Origin: Prochlorococcus marinus subsp. pastoris str. CCMP1986
GTDB lineage: Bacteria; Cyanobacteriota; Cyanobacteriia; PCC-6307; Cyanobiaceae
Direction of reading: 5' to 3'
Assembly (NCBI RefSeq): GCF_000011465.1
Contig: NC_005072.1
Span: 240,001 to 272,000 of the forward strand
Length of the DNA stretch: 32,000 nt
This document shows, in pieces, positions 18,843 through 27,566 of this stretch; position 1 is the stretch's first letter; each line of letters starts with the position of its first letter. Both the position numbers and the translations under genes were made by a program. Below the pieces are notes generated by a model, which was given only the letters and a program-made list of their open reading frames with translations, had not been told where the DNA came from and did not search any database.

Positions 18843-19979
18843 ATGAAGCTCTCAAAAAAATTTGAAGAATTAATCATAAAACAGCTAGAGAGCTTTGGTT
18901 GCTCAATGGGCGTGACTCATTTGGTTATGTATCTTGCTTCAACGGAGCAAGGAACTAAAGCATCATTTGAAATGATTGGTCAATGGCCACAAATCGATAG
19001 GCTTCTGGTATCAGTAGAAGATGATCCTTCACTAAAAGTATCTTCTCCTAATAGAAGATGGTACCCGCTTCAAGAAAACGATATCCTACTTGGTGTCCTT
19101 AGGGTAGAAACTGATTTAAAAGAAGGGAATTGGCCAGTATCTCTTGACTCTAGATTAAAAGCACTTTCACTATCTTTAGCTAAATGCGTTTCTATCGAAT
19201 TAGAACGTCAAAATAAAAATGAAGAAATTAATTATTTAAAAAGTCAGGTCAATGTCATAATCCATCAATTGAGAAATCCATTGGCTGCTCTTAGGACATA
19301 TGCAAAATTACTAATAAAAAGACTTGGTTCAGATGTTGACTCTATTGAAATAGTTGAACGCATGATAATAGAGCAAAAACAAATTAATAATTATATGGAC
19401 TCTTTTGCGCAATTAAATTCACCTATTCAACTCCCTCTAGACATTGGAGAGGAAAGATTATTATTACCACCAAATTTAGATAACAAAAAGCTAATAACTG
19501 TTCAGAGTTTATTGAGGCCAATTTTAGAAAGGGGTCAAGCTAATGCGAACTTAGAGAATAGAGATTGGACAGAACCTTCTCTTTGGCCAGATTGGACTTT
19601 ATCGCCATTAAAGGCTAAATATGCTGTAATTGCCGAAATTGTGGCTAATTTATTAGAAAATGCGTTTAAATACGCCCACAAAGATGCTGAGATTGGAGTC
19701 GCCATTATGAGTAAAGGTCTGTGCATATTTGATGATGGTAAAAAAATAACCAAAATTGAAAATGAGAAAATTTTTCAAAAAGGCTTTCGAGGATCTGCGG
19801 CTAAGAAGAAGGATGGTACTGGTGTTGGACTTTTTTTAGCGAGGAAATTAGCAAAACAAATTGGAGGAGAGTTGAGATTGCTTGAAAACTCCTCAATTAA
19901 TGATGTAGAGGAATTAAAAAGTTTTAAGAAGAAGAATATTTTCTATTTAGAACTTCCTATAAAAGAATTGCATTCATAA
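18843..19979 (+). CDS. Soluble sensor histidine kinase (GAF-like N-terminal domain + HisKA + HATPase_c)
   Basis: H-box is IHQLRNPLAALRTYAKLL and N-box is VANLLENAFKYA. G-boxes are FDDGKKI and GTGVGLFLARKLAKQIGGEL. There are no TM segments. Confidence 0.85.
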   Translation: MKLSKKFEELIIKQLESFGCSMGVTHLVMYLASTEQGTKASFEMIGQWPQIDRLLVSVEDDPSLKVSSPNRRWYPLQENDILLGVLRVETDLKEGNWPVSLDSRLKALSLSLAKCVSIELERQNKNEEINYLKSQVNVIIHQLRNPLAALRTYAKLLIKRLGSDVDSIEIVERMIIEQKQINNYMDSFAQLNSPIQLPLDIGEERLLLPPNLDNKKLITVQSLLRPILERGQANANLENRDWTEPSLWPDWTLSPLKAKYAVIAEIVANLLENAFKYAHKDAEIGVAIMSKGLCIFDDGKKITKIENEKIFQKGFRGSAAKKKDGTGVGLFLARKLAKQIGGELRLLENSSINDVEELKSFKKKNIFYLELPIKELHS

Positions 19980-20697
19980 ATAACATTGCAGTTTCGACTA
20001 GTACAACACTCGCACCGCAGGCATCTCCATTGAAGCCTCCAATTTTATTCCCAAGTATGTTTGGAATAGAATAACTTAAAAAAATACCAATTAAAATTAA
20101 AAATAAAAATTTAATTAATATAGCTTGGGATGTAATTGAAACAAATTGGTATGCGATGAAAATTAAAAGAAAAACGATGGAAATCAAAGATTCTTTTTTA
20201 AATCCATTCCAAAACTTTTTATGACTAATAGATTTTTTCTTGTAACTCATATATTTAAACTTTTCTATAAAAAATAAATTTGAAAATCTTCCCCAAAATA
20301 AGCATATTGGCAAAACAATAATTATTTGGTTTTGAATTTTGAGTATGCAAGCAATCTGAATTAAAGTTATAAAAAATAAAGATTGAACACCAAAGGATCC
20401 AACTTTACTGTCTTTCATGGCTTTTAAACGTTTCTTTTTACCCGCGAAAATGCCATCGAAAGTATCCATTAAACCATCGAGGTGTAGACCTCCTGTAATT
20501 AAATATCCTGAAGCTAAACAGATTAAAGTAGATGCATAAATAGACCAAGAGTTTACGCTTAGAAAAATAAAAATATAACTCTGTATTGTTCCAATAAAAA
20601 ATCCCAAAGGCGGCGCAAATTGTGCAATATTTTTAAATTCGGGATTAATTAAAGGTATCTTTGGAAATGTCGTATAGAAAATCCAAGATCCAGCCAA
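19957..20697 (-). CDS. cobS: Adenosylcobinamide-GDP ribazoletransferase (cobalamin synthase)
   Basis: Polytopic membrane protein with the CobS signature LHLDGLMDTFDG. The TTG start is uncertain. Confidence 0.85.
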   Translation of the reverse strand: MAGSWIFYTTFPKIPLINPEFKNIAQFAPPLGFFIGTIQSYIFIFLSVNSWSIYASTLICLASGYLITGGLHLDGLMDTFDGIFAGKKKRLKAMKDSKVGSFGVQSLFFITLIQIACILKIQNQIIIVLPICLFWGRFSNLFFIEKFKYMSYKKKSISHKKFWNGFKKESLISIVFLLIFIAYQFVSITSQAILIKFLFLILIGIFLSYSIPNILGNKIGGFNGDACGASVVLVETAMLFMNAILL

Positions 20698-20795
20698 ATT
20701 TTTTATTAAATATTTTTTGATGAGATAAAAATAGATTCAATATTAAATAATAGGGTAGATTATTAAAAAAGGATCAAAAAATCTTATAAATTATC

Positions 20796-21914
20796 GTGTT
20801 TGAATTTGAAATTAAATCGAATTGTAGTAATACAGAGGCAAGAACTGGTATATTTCATACCCCAAATGGTCAGGTAAACACTCCAAGATTTATGCCTGTG
20901 GGTACTTTGGCAACGGTTAAAGGGATTTCATCTGAGCAGTTAATCTCTACAGGATCGGAAATGATTCTTTCGAATACCTTCCATCTTCATCTGCAACCTG
21001 GAGAAAAACTAGTTAAAGAATCTGGTGGAATTCATAAGTTTATGAATTGGGATAAGCCTATTCTTACTGATTCAGGTGGATATCAAGTTTTTAGTTTGGC
21101 CAAATTAAATAATATTTCTGATAAAGGTGTGGAATTTAGAAATCCAAGAGATGGTAGTCATGTATTTTTATCACCTGAAAAAGTAATGCAGATTCAAATG
21201 GATCTTGGTTCTGATGTTGCCATGGCTTTTGATCATTGTCCTCCGCACACAGCTAACGAAAATGATATTGAGGACTCTTTAGAAAGAACTCATTCATGGT
21301 TGCAAAAATGTGTTGAGACTCATCAGAAATCAAATCAAGCATTATTTGGAATAGTTCAAGGTGGTAAGTATCCAAGATTAAGAGAACATAGCGCAAAATT
21401 TACAAGTTCTTTTGATCTACCTGGAATAGCGGTAGGAGGTGTCAGTGTTGGAGAGGCAGTCGAAGAAATACACAGTGTAATTAATAACGTCCCGAAATTC
21501 TTACCAATAAATAAACCAAGATATTTAATGGGAATTGGCTCTCTAAGAGAAATTTCTTTAGCTGTTGCAAAAGGATTCGATATATTTGACTGTGTTTTGC
21601 CTACAAGACTGGGAAGACATGGGACTGCATTTTTTAATGATGAAAGATGGAATATACGTAATGCCCGCTTTAAAAATGATTTTTCTCCAATAGATAAAAC
21701 TTGTAAATGTGAAACTTGTAAATCGTACTCTCGTGCTTACTTACATCATTTGGTTAGAAATGATGAAATATTAGGTCTAACGCTTATAAGCCTACATAAT
21801 ATTTCTCATCTAATTCGATTTACAAATGCAATTTCTGCTGCAATTAAAGATAATTGTTTTACAATAGATTTCGCTCCATGGAAAAGATCCTCTATTGCTC
21901 ACCATACGTGGTAA
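20796..21914 (+). CDS. tgt: Queuine tRNA-ribosyltransferase
   Basis: Contains TPRFMPVGT and LTDSGGYQV. The zinc site is [17 protein letters not shown]. It has a GTG start. Confidence 0.95.
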   Translation: MFEFEIKSNCSNTEARTGIFHTPNGQVNTPRFMPVGTLATVKGISSEQLISTGSEMILSNTFHLHLQPGEKLVKESGGIHKFMNWDKPILTDSGGYQVFSLAKLNNISDKGVEFRNPRDGSHVFLSPEKVMQIQMDLGSDVAMAFDHCPPHTANENDIEDSLERTHSWLQKCVETHQKSNQALFGIVQGGKYPRLREHSAKFTSSFDLPGIAVGGVSVGEAVEEIHSVINNVPKFLPINKPRYLMGIGSLREISLAVAKGFDIFDCVLPTRLGRHGTAFFNDERWNIRNARFKNDFSPIDKTCKCETCKSYSRAYLHHLVRNDEILGLTLISLHNISHLIRFTNAISAAIKDNCFTIDFAPWKRSSIAHHTW

Positions 21915-21947
21915 CGTCTTAACATAATTAATTAATTTATTAAGAAG

Positions 21948-22088
21948 GTGCTCACTCTTTTAAATACATTCGCTGAATTGCCTGAAGCATATAAGGCTTT
22001 CGCTCCAACCGTTGACGTTCTTCCTTTAATACCTTTATTTTTCTTTTTATTAGTTTTTGTTTGGCAAGCTGCAGTAGGGTTTAAATAA
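21948..22088 (+). CDS. psbK: Photosystem II reaction centre protein K, 46 aa precursor
   Basis: Hand translation from the GTG gives (M)[51 protein letters not shown] purine tract lies just upstream. Not in the ORF track. Confidence 0.88.
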   Translation: MLTLLNTFAELPEAYKAFAPTVDVLPLIPLFFFLLVFVWQAAVGFK

Positions 22089-22102
22089 AATCTATTTATG
22101 AT

Positions 22103-23107
22103 TCAGAAGGGTATTTCAAGGGATATTGCATCACCAGAGTTTTCTACTGCACATTCAATAAAATCTGCAATTTTTAACGCTCTTGATGCTTGTTCTCCGT
22201 CCACTTCTGGTAACTCTTTACCTTGTACGCACTTAAGAAAATGTTCTAATTCTGCATATAAAGGTTCGATAGAGGTTGTGCTTACTTCTTCAACATAACC
22301 ATCATTTCGATAAACTAATTCTCCATGCTCTGCTGTATAGGATTCATGCGCTTTTCTATGGATTTGTAGAGAATGATTTAAGAAGTCTGTTTCAACTAGA
22401 CCATTTTGGCAATGTGCACTTAAATTCCTAATTTTTTTATGACTCATTTTGCTGGCAGTTAAGCTTGCAATAATATTATTCTTGAAAACCAAAGTAGCAT
22501 TTACATAATCTATTAAGCCATCACTATTTCTTCCTCCGACGGCGGCTAATTTCTGTATCTTTGAATTAACTAATTCAAGCACTAGATCAATATCATGAAT
22601 CATTAAATCCATAACTACTGACACATCATTTGCTCTGTCAGCATGAGGACTGTGCCTTCTTGCTTCTAAAACAACAATATCTTCATTTTGAATTATTTTA
22701 TTTAACTCCCTAAAAGCAGGGTTAAATCTTTCAATATGTCCAACTTGTAGAAGACAGTTATTAATTTTAGAGGCATTTATTAAAGATTTAGCCTCTAGCT
22801 CAGTAGCTGCAATAGGTTTTTCAATAAGAACATTAACACCTGCCTTAAGACAATCTAGGCCTACTTTGTGATGGAGAAGTGTAGGGACAGCAATACAAAT
22901 TGCATCCACTTTAGAAATAAGATCATGATAATCTTTAAACCACTCACATTGAAATTGCTCTACTGCTAATTTACCTCTGCTTTCGTCTGGATCGGCAACT
23001 CCAACTAAATCTGCATCTCTTAGCAAACTAAGCACTCGAGCATGATGCCATCCCATATTTCCTATACCGATTACTCCAACCTTTACTGAGGATGAGGTTG
23101 GTTTCAT
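22103..23107 (-). CDS. Gfo/Idh/MocA-family NAD(P)-dependent oxidoreductase
   Basis: N-terminal Rossmann motif is VGVIGIGNMGWHHARVL, with the family EKP motif (VLIEKPIA). Confidence 0.85.
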   Translation of the reverse strand: MKPTSSSVKVGVIGIGNMGWHHARVLSLLRDADLVGVADPDESRGKLAVEQFQCEWFKDYHDLISKVDAICIAVPTLLHHKVGLDCLKAGVNVLIEKPIAATELEAKSLINASKINNCLLQVGHIERFNPAFRELNKIIQNEDIVVLEARRHSPHADRANDVSVVMDLMIHDIDLVLELVNSKIQKLAAVGGRNSDGLIDYVNATLVFKNNIIASLTASKMSHKKIRNLSAHCQNGLVETDFLNHSLQIHRKAHESYTAEHGELVYRNDGYVEEVSTTSIEPLYAELEHFLKCVQGKELPEVDGEQASRALKIADFIECAVENSGDAISLEIPF

Positions 23108-23157
23108 ATCTAATAGTCCATGTATATTTAGTTATTATCCTTCATTGGATGTCAATT

Positions 23158-24426
23158 TTAACTTTTTGGTAGAAATATTTTTACACGATCTATTTTGGGA
23201 CCTGACATTGAAATTATTTCAAATTTAATATTTTTAAATTCTAAACTATCTCCGATTTTTGGGACCATTTGAAATTTTTCAAGAAGAAATCCAGCGAGTG
23301 TATGATAATCAGCTCCTTCTGGAAGAAAACATCCCAACTTTTTGTTGATTTCTATTATTTCTGCTTTACCAGCAATTGACCACTTCTTAGAGAAATTATC
23401 CAACATTTTCATATCAGAATATACTCTGGTGTTTAGCATTTCTTCCCCAACAATTTCGCCAGTAAGATCAGCTGCAGTGATAAGTCCCTCAGTCCCACCA
23501 TGTTCATCAACAACCAGTAAAAATGGATTATAATCTCTAACGATAGGTAATATTTCTGCTAGTGAGCATGTCTCTATTACTTTTGTTACTGGCAAAAGGA
23601 AAGGCTCTAATAATGTATTTGCTCCCATTTCGCTTTTAGAAATTGGTTTTGCTAAGTAACGTAAATCTAAAACTCCTAAAACATCATCAAGAGACTCACC
23701 AATTACAAAAAAACGAGCATGCCTTGTTTTATCAACCTGTTTCATAAGTTCAGCAAACGTAATATTTTTTGGCAAAGTTACCATCTCAGATCTTGGAATC
23801 ATTACTTCTTTGACTTGAGTATCTTTTAAAGCAAAAACACCTTCTAAGATGTTTTTCTCATCAGGCTTTAATCCCGTGACATTATCTGTTTCTATTAATG
23901 TTTCTAATTCACCTGCCGATAATACTGAATTTAATGAATCCCATTTGTTGTTTAGATTAAATAACCTTAAACAAGCACTTGCAAAAAATTCAATTACAGA
24001 GACAATAGGTTGCATTCCTTTTCGAACTGCATCAAAAATTGTAGTTAATCTCAAAGCGGCTGACTCTGGATTATTAATTACTAATGCTTTAGGAATAAGA
24101 CCTGATATGAGGGTGACTATAAGTACAATAAATAAAAATAATAAGAGATCATATATTCGATTTGAAAATTTATTTACGTTCCAAAAATCATTAGCCAAAC
24201 CTTTACTTAACCAACCAACAGCTACAAGAGAAATTGTCACACCAAATTGAGATGCTATTAAAGAAGATCTGAATCTTTTTTGAATTTTTAAAATGGAAAA
24301 TGCTCCTTTTCTTTTCTCTTCTATCAGTCTTAAAACTTTACTTGGCCTTATTAATAAAAACGAAAGTTCACTCGCAGCAAAAAAAGCTGGAAATATCAAA
24401 AGTAAAAATAGTAAAGTTATTTTCAT
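23158..24426 (-). CDS. CNNM/TlyC-type membrane protein (DUF21 + CBS pair + CorC_HlyC domain), a putative divalent cation efflux or hemolysin-like protein
   Basis: The N-terminus has 4 TM helices. It is followed by a CBS-pair region (VMIPRSEMVTL...VVDEHGGTEGLITAADL) and a C-terminal transporter-associated domain. Confidence 0.85.
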   Translation of the reverse strand: MKITLLFLLLIFPAFFAASELSFLLIRPSKVLRLIEEKRKGAFSILKIQKRFRSSLIASQFGVTISLVAVGWLSKGLANDFWNVNKFSNRIYDLLLFLFIVLIVTLISGLIPKALVINNPESAALRLTTIFDAVRKGMQPIVSVIEFFASACLRLFNLNNKWDSLNSVLSAGELETLIETDNVTGLKPDEKNILEGVFALKDTQVKEVMIPRSEMVTLPKNITFAELMKQVDKTRHARFFVIGESLDDVLGVLDLRYLAKPISKSEMGANTLLEPFLLPVTKVIETCSLAEILPIVRDYNPFLLVVDEHGGTEGLITAADLTGEIVGEEMLNTRVYSDMKMLDNFSKKWSIAGKAEIIEINKKLGCFLPEGADYHTLAGFLLEKFQMVPKIGDSLEFKNIKFEIISMSGPKIDRVKIFLPKS

Positions 24427-24444
24427 TCAATAACAAATTAGTGA

Positions 24445-24517
24445 TGGGGGTGGCGAGGATCGAACTCGCCTAAGCCAAATTATGAGTTTGGTGCATTCAC
24501 CAGATTGCTACACCCCC
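24445..24517 (-). tRNA. tRNA with CAT anticodon (elongator Met or lysidine-modified Ile2), 73 nt, no encoded CCA
   Basis: Reverse complement is GGGGGTGTAGCAATCTGGTGAATGCACCAAACTCATAATTTGGCTTAGGCGAGTTCGATCCTCGCCACCCCCA. It has a 7-bp acceptor stem, anticodon stem CCAAA/TTTGG, loop CTCATAA and T-arm GCGAG-TTCGATC-CTCGC. Confidence 0.85.
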
Positions 24518-24657
24518 AGATTTTCTGCAGTAATGATTAATTACATTCGATTTACATACAATATAAAAATAATATTTCAAAAAGCACCAACTTAGTAAGT
24601 TTTTGTGAGATTTCTTTTTTTTCTCCTAATCTTGAAATATAAGCTTAACCTCTATTA

Positions 24658-25218
24658 ATGAACAATTTCTCGCAGAAGAATAAATTAAATAAGGAGAATT
24701 TGTTAAAACTTTTAATTGAAAAGTCTTATAAGAAAGGAAACTTTACTTTGGCATCTGGCAAAAAAAGTGCTCATTATCTAAATTGTAAACCTGTATCTTT
24801 AAATGGCACAGGGTTGAAATTAATTAGCAATTTGTTTTTGGAGTTAATGGATCCAAGTTCAAAAGCTGTGGCTGGGTTGACTTTAGGAGCCGATCCTTTA
24901 GTTAGTGGTTTAATCGTAACAGCTGCTTCTCAAGGGTTATTAATAGATGCTTTAATCATCAGAAAAGAAATAAAAGAATATGGAACAAAGGCTGGGTTAG
25001 AGGGGCCTATATTAAAAGAAGGAACTGAAGTAACTGTCTTAGAAGATGTTGTGACTACTGCTGGATCAGCTATTAAAGCAATTAATAAGTTACGCGAAAA
25101 TAATCTTTTAGTTAAAGAAGTTTTGTCTATTGTCGATAGAAGAGAAGGAGGATATGAGGCCTTGAAAGAACAAAATATACAATTAAAAAGCTTATTTTCA
25201 ATAGAAGACTTTCTATAA
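24658..25218 (+). CDS. pyrE: Orotate phosphoribosyltransferase
   Basis: The PRPP-binding motif [13 protein letters not shown] is present, along with [12 protein letters not shown] near the N-terminus. Confidence 0.93.
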   Translation: MNNFSQKNKLNKENLLKLLIEKSYKKGNFTLASGKKSAHYLNCKPVSLNGTGLKLISNLFLELMDPSSKAVAGLTLGADPLVSGLIVTAASQGLLIDALIIRKEIKEYGTKAGLEGPILKEGTEVTVLEDVVTTAGSAIKAINKLRENNLLVKEVLSIVDRREGGYEALKEQNIQLKSLFSIEDFL

Positions 25219-25221
25219 ATA

Positions 25222-26070
25222 ATGTCAAAAATTAAAGAAAATAAAGAACAATTTTGGCTTGAAAAATTTGATTGCTTTTCTGTTACTGGAAAAGATAGTA
25301 AAAGATTCTTAAATGGAATAACTACAGGAAATATTGTTGATTTAAATAACAAGGTTTTAAAATCTTGCTGGTTATCCCCAAATGGAATTTTAAAGTCATT
25401 ACTTGAAATTAATTGCTCAGAAAAAGAATTAAAAGTAATTGTCTTAGTAGGAAATACTAGTGAGATTAGAAAATACTTTAATGACATTATTTTTCCGTCT
25501 GACGATGTTTCATTAAGTGATTCTTTTTCAATAAATAGACTTCAGCAAGTTGATGATATGAATTCTTGGAGAATCACTCAACCTATTTTTTTAAAAAATG
25601 AAGATAAAAAATATGATTTTTATAAAAATAATCCAAATTCAATGAATACTAATGACTTGCAATTGTGGAAGATTAATCAGGCTATACCATCTTTAAATAG
25701 TGAAATTAATGGAAAAAATAATCCACTTGAATTAGGATTAACAGATCTTATAGACTTCAATAAAGGTTGTTATTTGGGTCAAGAAACAATGTCAAAAATC
25801 AAGAATGTTTCTTCTTTAAAGCAGGAGATCAGAGTATGGACGGCTAAAGATAAAGATGTGAATTTAGAATCTGTGAATAAAATTCTTTTTAATAATCAGA
25901 ATAAAGAAAAATCGGTTGGTTATATTACCAGCATTTATGTATTAGAGTCTCGAATAATAAAAGGCCTAGCAATGATAAAGAGAAAATATTTAGATAAGGG
26001 AAATCCATTTTTCTCTGATAATTTTGGCCAAATTTCATTAGAGAAATCTGTAGGTTCAACTTTTCTTTAA
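25222..26070 (+). CDS. YgfZ/GcvT-like folate-binding protein
   Basis: The YgfZ signature KGCYLGQE is present. Size and GcvT-like layout fit the family. Confidence 0.72.
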   Translation: MSKIKENKEQFWLEKFDCFSVTGKDSKRFLNGITTGNIVDLNNKVLKSCWLSPNGILKSLLEINCSEKELKVIVLVGNTSEIRKYFNDIIFPSDDVSLSDSFSINRLQQVDDMNSWRITQPIFLKNEDKKYDFYKNNPNSMNTNDLQLWKINQAIPSLNSEINGKNNPLELGLTDLIDFNKGCYLGQETMSKIKNVSSLKQEIRVWTAKDKDVNLESVNKILFNNQNKEKSVGYITSIYVLESRIIKGLAMIKRKYLDKGNPFFSDNFGQISLEKSVGSTFL

Positions 26071-26078
26071 TTAACCTT

Positions 26079-27497
26079 TTAATGTTTTTTGATTAACCAC
26101 TTCGCGATTTGAAGTGTAGCCAAACAGTCATCTCGATTATATTTAATTATTTTTTTTAGGAAAATATCATTTAAGGTGCTTTTATATTGTATCCACCAAT
26201 ATAAAGCTTTTGATCCACTTACATTTTCTTGCTCCCATTTGAATCCAATCCAATTAGCAACTGTTTTTAAACTATAGTTTCTAATAGGTAATATCCACGA
26301 TCCTCTTACAATTAAGTGTAAGTCTATAAATCTGGAATTTAGGATTTCAATTTCTTTTAAATCGAGATCTGATTGCCTAGCTAAATTTAAAATTGCAATT
26401 TTCTCAGTCTCTCCATAATGTAAAACTGGCCAGTATTTTTGAGAAAAAAGTTTTTGAATAATTTCTTGATTAGATTTTTTAGTATTGTTTTTAAGGTTTA
26501 ATATTGGATCATAAAAATCATCTTCAATATTTTCAAACAAACTATTTACTTTTAAAAATCCATATAAAAAATCATGTTTATCATCTGGATTTGACTCAAT
26601 ATCAAAAATAAAGAATCCCGAATCTTTATTTTTTAAAAGATAAGATAAGTTTTTATTTTCCAAAATTCGAATTGGTATTCCTGATAAATATGCTTTTGAT
26701 TGCTTTATAAACTTTGAAGCTTTTTCAAATCTTTGCTCCTTAAATTGAAAAAGTTTTTTTCCTAAATCGATTTTCTTGGTAGCAGCTAGTTCTTTAATAT
26801 TAGATATCCCATTTTTTTGGAGAAACAAGGCTGTTTTAGAACCAATACCATCTATATCAGTTAGATATCCATTATCTTTTGCTTCTGTATCGCAAAACTT
26901 TTGCCATGAACATATCGTACATTTTTTCCTGTCTTCAGTAATATCTGGAATAGATCTTTTTAGATATTCATTTAAATTTAAAAAGGTATGTATTACTTTT
27001 TTTCTTAAGCGTGGATTTAAATCAATTTTTTCAATATTAATTCGATTTGAAAAATTTGAAATTACCAATCCTTTTTCAATTTTTGCTTCTTGAAAGGGTT
27101 CTAATAACATCGAAGAAAAAGCTAAATCGAATAGATGCTCTTTTGTTGTTCTATGGCCTAACTTATATACAACAGGTATATATTTATATTCGCCCCATTT
27201 GCTATGACCACCTACTTTTTTAAGTAATTGAGGTTGCATTTCTGTATTTATATTATTGATTACTTTAGATCTTGCCTTTAATCCGATTACTCCACTTGAA
27301 CCCCTCTTACAGGCTTTTTCCCCAGAATATAAATCTCCATCACTTAGTTTGTAAAAGGTTTTGTATCGTTTAATTATTTCTATAGATTGATGTGGTGACC
27401 AAATTCTTTGAGACTTATTGCCCTGATAATCGAGCCAAGCTTTTCTTTTGCATCTTATAAAACTTTTTAAATAAAGATTATTCAAATTTTTTTGCAA
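26079..27497 (-). CDS. TM0106-type putative RecB-family nuclease: Cas4-like Fe-S domain, helix-hairpin-helix, and RNase H-fold DEDD exonuclease-like domain
   Basis: Cys16 plus C193-x2-C196-x5-C202 match the Cas4/AddB iron-staple pattern. An HhH-like motif reads IDGIGSKTALFLQKNGI. FIFDIESNPD provides a DxE motif and YNRDDCLAT lies near the C-terminus. The TTG start is uncertain. Confidence 0.72.
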   Translation of the reverse strand: MQKNLNNLYLKSFIRCKRKAWLDYQGNKSQRIWSPHQSIEIIKRYKTFYKLSDGDLYSGEKACKRGSSGVIGLKARSKVINNINTEMQPQLLKKVGGHSKWGEYKYIPVVYKLGHRTTKEHLFDLAFSSMLLEPFQEAKIEKGLVISNFSNRINIEKIDLNPRLRKKVIHTFLNLNEYLKRSIPDITEDRKKCTICSWQKFCDTEAKDNGYLTDIDGIGSKTALFLQKNGISNIKELAATKKIDLGKKLFQFKEQRFEKASKFIKQSKAYLSGIPIRILENKNLSYLLKNKDSGFFIFDIESNPDDKHDFLYGFLKVNSLFENIEDDFYDPILNLKNNTKKSNQEIIQKLFSQKYWPVLHYGETEKIAILNLARQSDLDLKEIEILNSRFIDLHLIVRGSWILPIRNYSLKTVANWIGFKWEQENVSGSKALYWWIQYKSTLNDIFLKKIIKYNRDDCLATLQIAKWLIKKH

Positions 27498-27566
27498 AGG
27501 CAGTTTAAATTTTTACTTATATAAATTAATATAGATAATTATTGGAAATTAAGGAACTATTTTACT

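Noticed and set aside
24930-25487. 185-aa minus-strand ORF spanning the pyrE/ygfZ junction
   Set aside because: It overlaps two confidently assigned plus-strand genes. The product is low-complexity and has no recognisable domain or independent start context.
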